In this document: positions 60,861-64,000 of the stretch, piece by piece
How positions within the stretch are numbered: position 1 is the first letter of the stretch
Layout: every line of letters begins with the position of its first letter
Origin: an uncultured Pseudobdellovibrionaceae bacterium
GTDB taxonomy: Bacteria > Bdellovibrionota > Bdellovibrionia > Bdellovibrionales > UBA1609
Assembly (NCBI GenBank): GCA_963803705.1
Contig: CAWDNU010000004.1
Span: 608,001 to 672,000, forward strand
Length of the DNA stretch: 64,000 nucleotides
Direction: 5' to 3'
Position numbers and translations under genes: made by a program
The notes under the pieces: model-generated
The model's database searches: none
The model's input: the letters and a program-made list of their open reading frames with translations, nothing else
Told to the model about the DNA's origin: nothing

Positions 60861-61047
60861 TAGGGCCTGAGGAAGATTCATAAAATTTCATAGATAATAG
60901 GCTTTTAAGTTTTAATTTATAAATACATCAAAAGGCTCGAACATACGTTTGTGGTATTTCCACTTACGCGAAATACCAAATCCGAACTCACTTTTGACGT
61001 ATATATATTAAAACTTAAAAGCCTATTATCTTTGAAATTTTATGAAT
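60861..61047. repeat. Palindromic element that begins with the GGGCCTG repeat end
   Basis: TAGGGCCTGAGGAAGATTCAT start; 41-bp arms 60876-60916 and 61007-61047 with one mismatch; inner GGTATTTC/GAAATACC stem. Confidence 0.9.
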
Positions 61048-61581
61048 TTAATTACTAGCTTCAGTTCTGGTGCAAGAGTAAGGATATTGACCATTTGCCA
61101 AATTGTTGTAAATTTTTTCAGCCACTTGATTCACATAGTCTGGATTACTTTTAGCAATAGCAACAGTTTTACTAGAGCCAAACTTTGTGTACCGGATACC
61201 TAAAGTGCCATCTTCTGTTTCAATAGCGGTGATTTCTCTGGTGTCATCATTTAGGACACAAGTAATTTTATACTTTTCGACACCCGTCAACTCACCCAAA
61301 TCTGCTGATTCTCTTTTGTCTTCAATAATCTCTCTTGCTGTTTTTTCTTCAGCATTTTCTTTACCAAAACCTTGCTTTGCTAAAATTTCTTCTGTGGTTG
61401 CTGCTTTTTGCTTGTTAGATTTAGTATTCGCATCTGAAGTGTCATTAGCTTTCTCGCTTACATTCTTAGATTCTATATTCTTCGGAGCTTCCAAAGTTAA
61501 GTCCCCAACTCCTTCTGGATCTGTACGTCCAAACGAATTGATGACAGAAAAAATGATAAATAAAATCAATATAAGCTTCAT
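61048..61581 (-). CDS. Exported hypothetical protein
   Basis: Signal peptide, charged linker, C-terminal domain with two Cys. Confidence 0.8.
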   Translation of the reverse strand: MKLILILFIIFSVINSFGRTDPEGVGDLTLEAPKNIESKNVSEKANDTSDANTKSNKQKAATTEEILAKQGFGKENAEEKTAREIIEDKRESADLGELTGVEKYKITCVLNDDTREITAIETEDGTLGIRYTKFGSSKTVAIAKSNPDYVNQVAEKIYNNLANGQYPYSCTRTEASN

Positions 61582-61648
61582 AGATCCCCTTCAAATATAT
61601 TCCTTTAATTTTAGAGATAATATGATCCCAAGGCAACTAGACTGACAG

Positions 61649-62512
61649 TTAGGATAGGACTTCTAAAATTTTTGCTTGCTCCTTGGTTAAATCCGATAGA
61701 GAACTCATCATCCCATTAGGTAGGCCCGATTGACAGTTCATAAGAAGATCATTTAGATCCTGATCTTTAAATACAGGCTCAATTAAAGATAATGCCTTTT
61801 TATTGTTTAGCTTCATCAAATGTATAACTTGCTCTAAAGTGACAGGCTCCTCTTCCATACGCCAGCTATCATAGTCGGTTACAAAACACATTGGCACATA
61901 CAGAAGATTAGCTTCAGCCGCCAAAGCATATTCAGGAAAGTTAGTCATACCGATTATATCTGCACCCCATATCCGATACATTATGGATTCTGCCCTGGTG
62001 GAAAAGTTCGGACCTTCCATACAGATATAAGTCTTTTTAAAATGAGTCTTAAAACTAAAGTCACTGTCTTTAACAATTTTTTCAAGAACCGGGAAAATTC
62101 TTAAATCTATAGGATTACCCATAGGTAAATGTCCTACTGTACAGCCCATCACGGGGTCTCCGAAAAATGTAGTTGTATCCATGCTCTTTTTTGTTCTATC
62201 GATATACTGATCTGGAACCACAAGATCGCCAGGCTCTAACTCTTCTTGCAAAGATCCTACTGCCGAAAATGAAAGCACAGCCTTGGCACCATTCTTTTTT
62301 AAAGCGTAAATATTTGCTTTATGATTTATTTGACTGGGTAGCTTTTCGTGTTTGAACCCATGTCTGGATAAAAACAGAAACTCCAAATTACCTAGTTTGG
62401 CTTTACATATACCTGATGAAGCCTGACCAAAAGGAGTCTGAGTATTTAATCTTTCAACCACTTCAAATTTGTCAAATTTTTCGAAACCCGAACCACCAAT
62501 AACTGCCCACAT
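61649..62512 (-). CDS. mtnP: Methylthioadenosine phosphorylase
   Basis: VIGGSG, FLSRHG, EGPNFSTRAES, IGMT, VTDYD. Confidence 0.93.
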   Translation of the reverse strand: MWAVIGGSGFEKFDKFEVVERLNTQTPFGQASSGICKAKLGNLEFLFLSRHGFKHEKLPSQINHKANIYALKKNGAKAVLSFSAVGSLQEELEPGDLVVPDQYIDRTKKSMDTTTFFGDPVMGCTVGHLPMGNPIDLRIFPVLEKIVKDSDFSFKTHFKKTYICMEGPNFSTRAESIMYRIWGADIIGMTNFPEYALAAEANLLYVPMCFVTDYDSWRMEEEPVTLEQVIHLMKLNNKKALSLIEPVFKDQDLNDLLMNCQSGLPNGMMSSLSDLTKEQAKILEVLS

Positions 62513-62513
62513 T

Positions 62514-63584
62514 TTAAATTGCTCCTGACTTTTGATATTTCTTAAAAATTCCGCCTTTCACGTCTTCTAAATTAAAGTAAGATTGTTCTGTAATCCAGCC
62601 AGTGATCAAATCTGCAGGTGCCCAATCAAAGGCTGGGTTGTAAACTTCCGTAGAGCTATTAGCCCAAAGTCTTGAATAGTTGGTGGACACAAAACCCTGA
62701 ACTTCTTCCGGTTTTCGCAATTCAATTGGAATTTCCAGGCCTGAGCCAACAGAGCTATCGACGGTGGTCGTAGGGGCAACAATATAAAATGGAATATTAT
62801 GGTATTTAGCCAGTACGGCTAGACTGTAAGTGCCAATCTTATTGGCGGAGTCACCGTTTGATGCAATTCTATCCGCGCCTACCAAAATTGCATCTACTTT
62901 TTTCTGCATCATTAAAAAACCAGCCATATTGTCACAAATTAACTTATGCTTATATTTTCCTAGAGCTAACTCCCAGGTGGTCAAGCGCGCGCCCTGCAAG
63001 AGTGGTCTCGTTTCATCCACATAGGTCATAGTATCTGGAAACTCGTCGGAAAACTTTTTGATGACGCCCAAAGCTGTTCCCACTCCTGCAGTTGCTAATG
63101 CTCCAGTGTTACAATGAGTTAGTAAAGAAATCTTTTTATCCCCGCTATTATTCATCTCTAATTGATCACATAAAACTTTCAAGCCTATCAGAGATATATC
63201 CTGACATTTTTTTCGATCTTCTAAATAAAAAGCGTATGCTTTGTCAAAAATTAAGTCTCCTGCCTGATTACCAGCTACGAATGGCCTTAATTGGTTCATC
63301 AAGTGAACAAGATTAACAGCCGTGGGTCTAGACTCTATAAGCTGATTCCACCAGTATAATCGTTTGGACTTATCACTTTCCAGTTTGCAAAATAATCCAA
63401 AACTCAAAGCAGCTGTAACTCCAATTAACGGAGCTCCACGCACTTTTAAACACTTTATAGCCTGAACTGCATCTTTGGGTTTTGTAATATCGATCCACAC
63501 CTCGTTTGAGGGCAACTGAGTTTGATCTATGATTTCAAGCTGACTTTCGTTAAACTTTATACTTATTGTCTGTTCTTTTTTCAT
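62514..63584 (-). CDS. mtnA: Methylthioribose-1-phosphate isomerase (start 63584)
   Basis: VRGAPLIG, RPTAVNL, THCNTGALAT, DETRPLLQGARLT, GADRI. Confidence 0.96.
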   Translation of the reverse strand: MKKEQTISIKFNESQLEIIDQTQLPSNEVWIDITKPKDAVQAIKCLKVRGAPLIGVTAALSFGLFCKLESDKSKRLYWWNQLIESRPTAVNLVHLMNQLRPFVAGNQAGDLIFDKAYAFYLEDRKKCQDISLIGLKVLCDQLEMNNSGDKKISLLTHCNTGALATAGVGTALGVIKKFSDEFPDTMTYVDETRPLLQGARLTTWELALGKYKHKLICDNMAGFLMMQKKVDAILVGADRIASNGDSANKIGTYSLAVLAKYHNIPFYIVAPTTTVDSSVGSGLEIPIELRKPEEVQGFVSTNYSRLWANSSTEVYNPAFDWAPADLITGWITEQSYFNLEDVKGGIFKKYQKSGAI

Positions 63585-63594
63585 ACTAAATCCG

Positions 63595-64000
63595 TTATAA
63601 AGTTTTAAAACCAATTTTCTTTCGTAGTCTTATCAACTCTTCGATTTCATTTTTAGGTAAGCAGTGTACGTACCCCATTGCTTTGGCTTTCAAAAATATT
63701 TCAGCAGCGTGTTCAATTCTTTCTAGTCCTCGGTAAGCTTCCTCAATATTTTCGCCCCAGCTGACAGCACCGTGAAACTGCAAGATTAAAACTTTCGATT
63801 CATCTAGAAATGGACACAATGCTTTACCCATATTCGGAGTGCCCGGCCTTTGATATGGTACGATCGGCACATAACCTAAAGCTAGTACGAGTTCAGAAAT
63901 AAAATTCATAGGAAAATTTTTTTCTTCTGGAAAAGCAACACTGTACGCGACAGTGGTTGGTGGATGTGCGTGAAATACGGATTTAGCTAAGGGTTGGTTT
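63595..64000 (-). CDS. Class II aldolase/adducin family protein (5' end outside the window)
   Basis: Frame open to the window edge: SVFHAHPPT...VPYQRPGT...ILQFHGAVSWG. Confidence 0.85.
   Translation of the reverse strand, partial: NQPLAKSVFHAHPPTTVAYSVAFPEEKNFPMNFISELVLALGYVPIVPYQRPGTPNMGKALCPFLDESKVLILQFHGAVSWGENIEEAYRGLERIEHAAEIFLKAKAMGYVHCLPKNEIEELIRLRKKIGFKTL

Overview
AT-rich chromosomal segment of a predatory Bdellovibrionota-type bacterium. The taxonomic call is inferred from a DgcB-like FHA-GGDEF cyclase, the pilHIDMNOPQ/car/lepA-lepB-lepB gene order and YQNC-type lipoproteins. Left to right: an S10/spc ribosomal-protein operon that lacks rplX and rpsN and carries many indels in its first ~5.3 kb (probably sequencing errors); type IV pilus genes; pyrB-carA-carB; two lepB, lepA and metK; hpf and rpoN separated by an accessory insert; lptB and an LptC/LptA-like fusion; two PilZ proteins; phoH; a coiled-coil/phosphoesterase/FHA-GGDEF operon; an ECF sigma triad; several lipoproteins; rlmN, pyrD, mutT, IHF/HU, epmA, gcvP, ppc; and mtnP-mtnA-aldolase. 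No rRNA, tRNA, CRISPR array or transposase was seen. Best leads: (1) a candidate sigma28-controlled phosphothreonine/c-di-GMP module, with a GYF2-PilZ protein bearing six periodic T-K-V-Q-S repeats near a DgcB-like cyclase and a phosphoesterase; (2) a family of GGGCCTGT-ended repeats and large palindromes at the borders of accessory genes; (3) many apparently leaderless sigma28 and sigma70 promoters; (4) clean absence of L24 and S14 genes from the spc operon.
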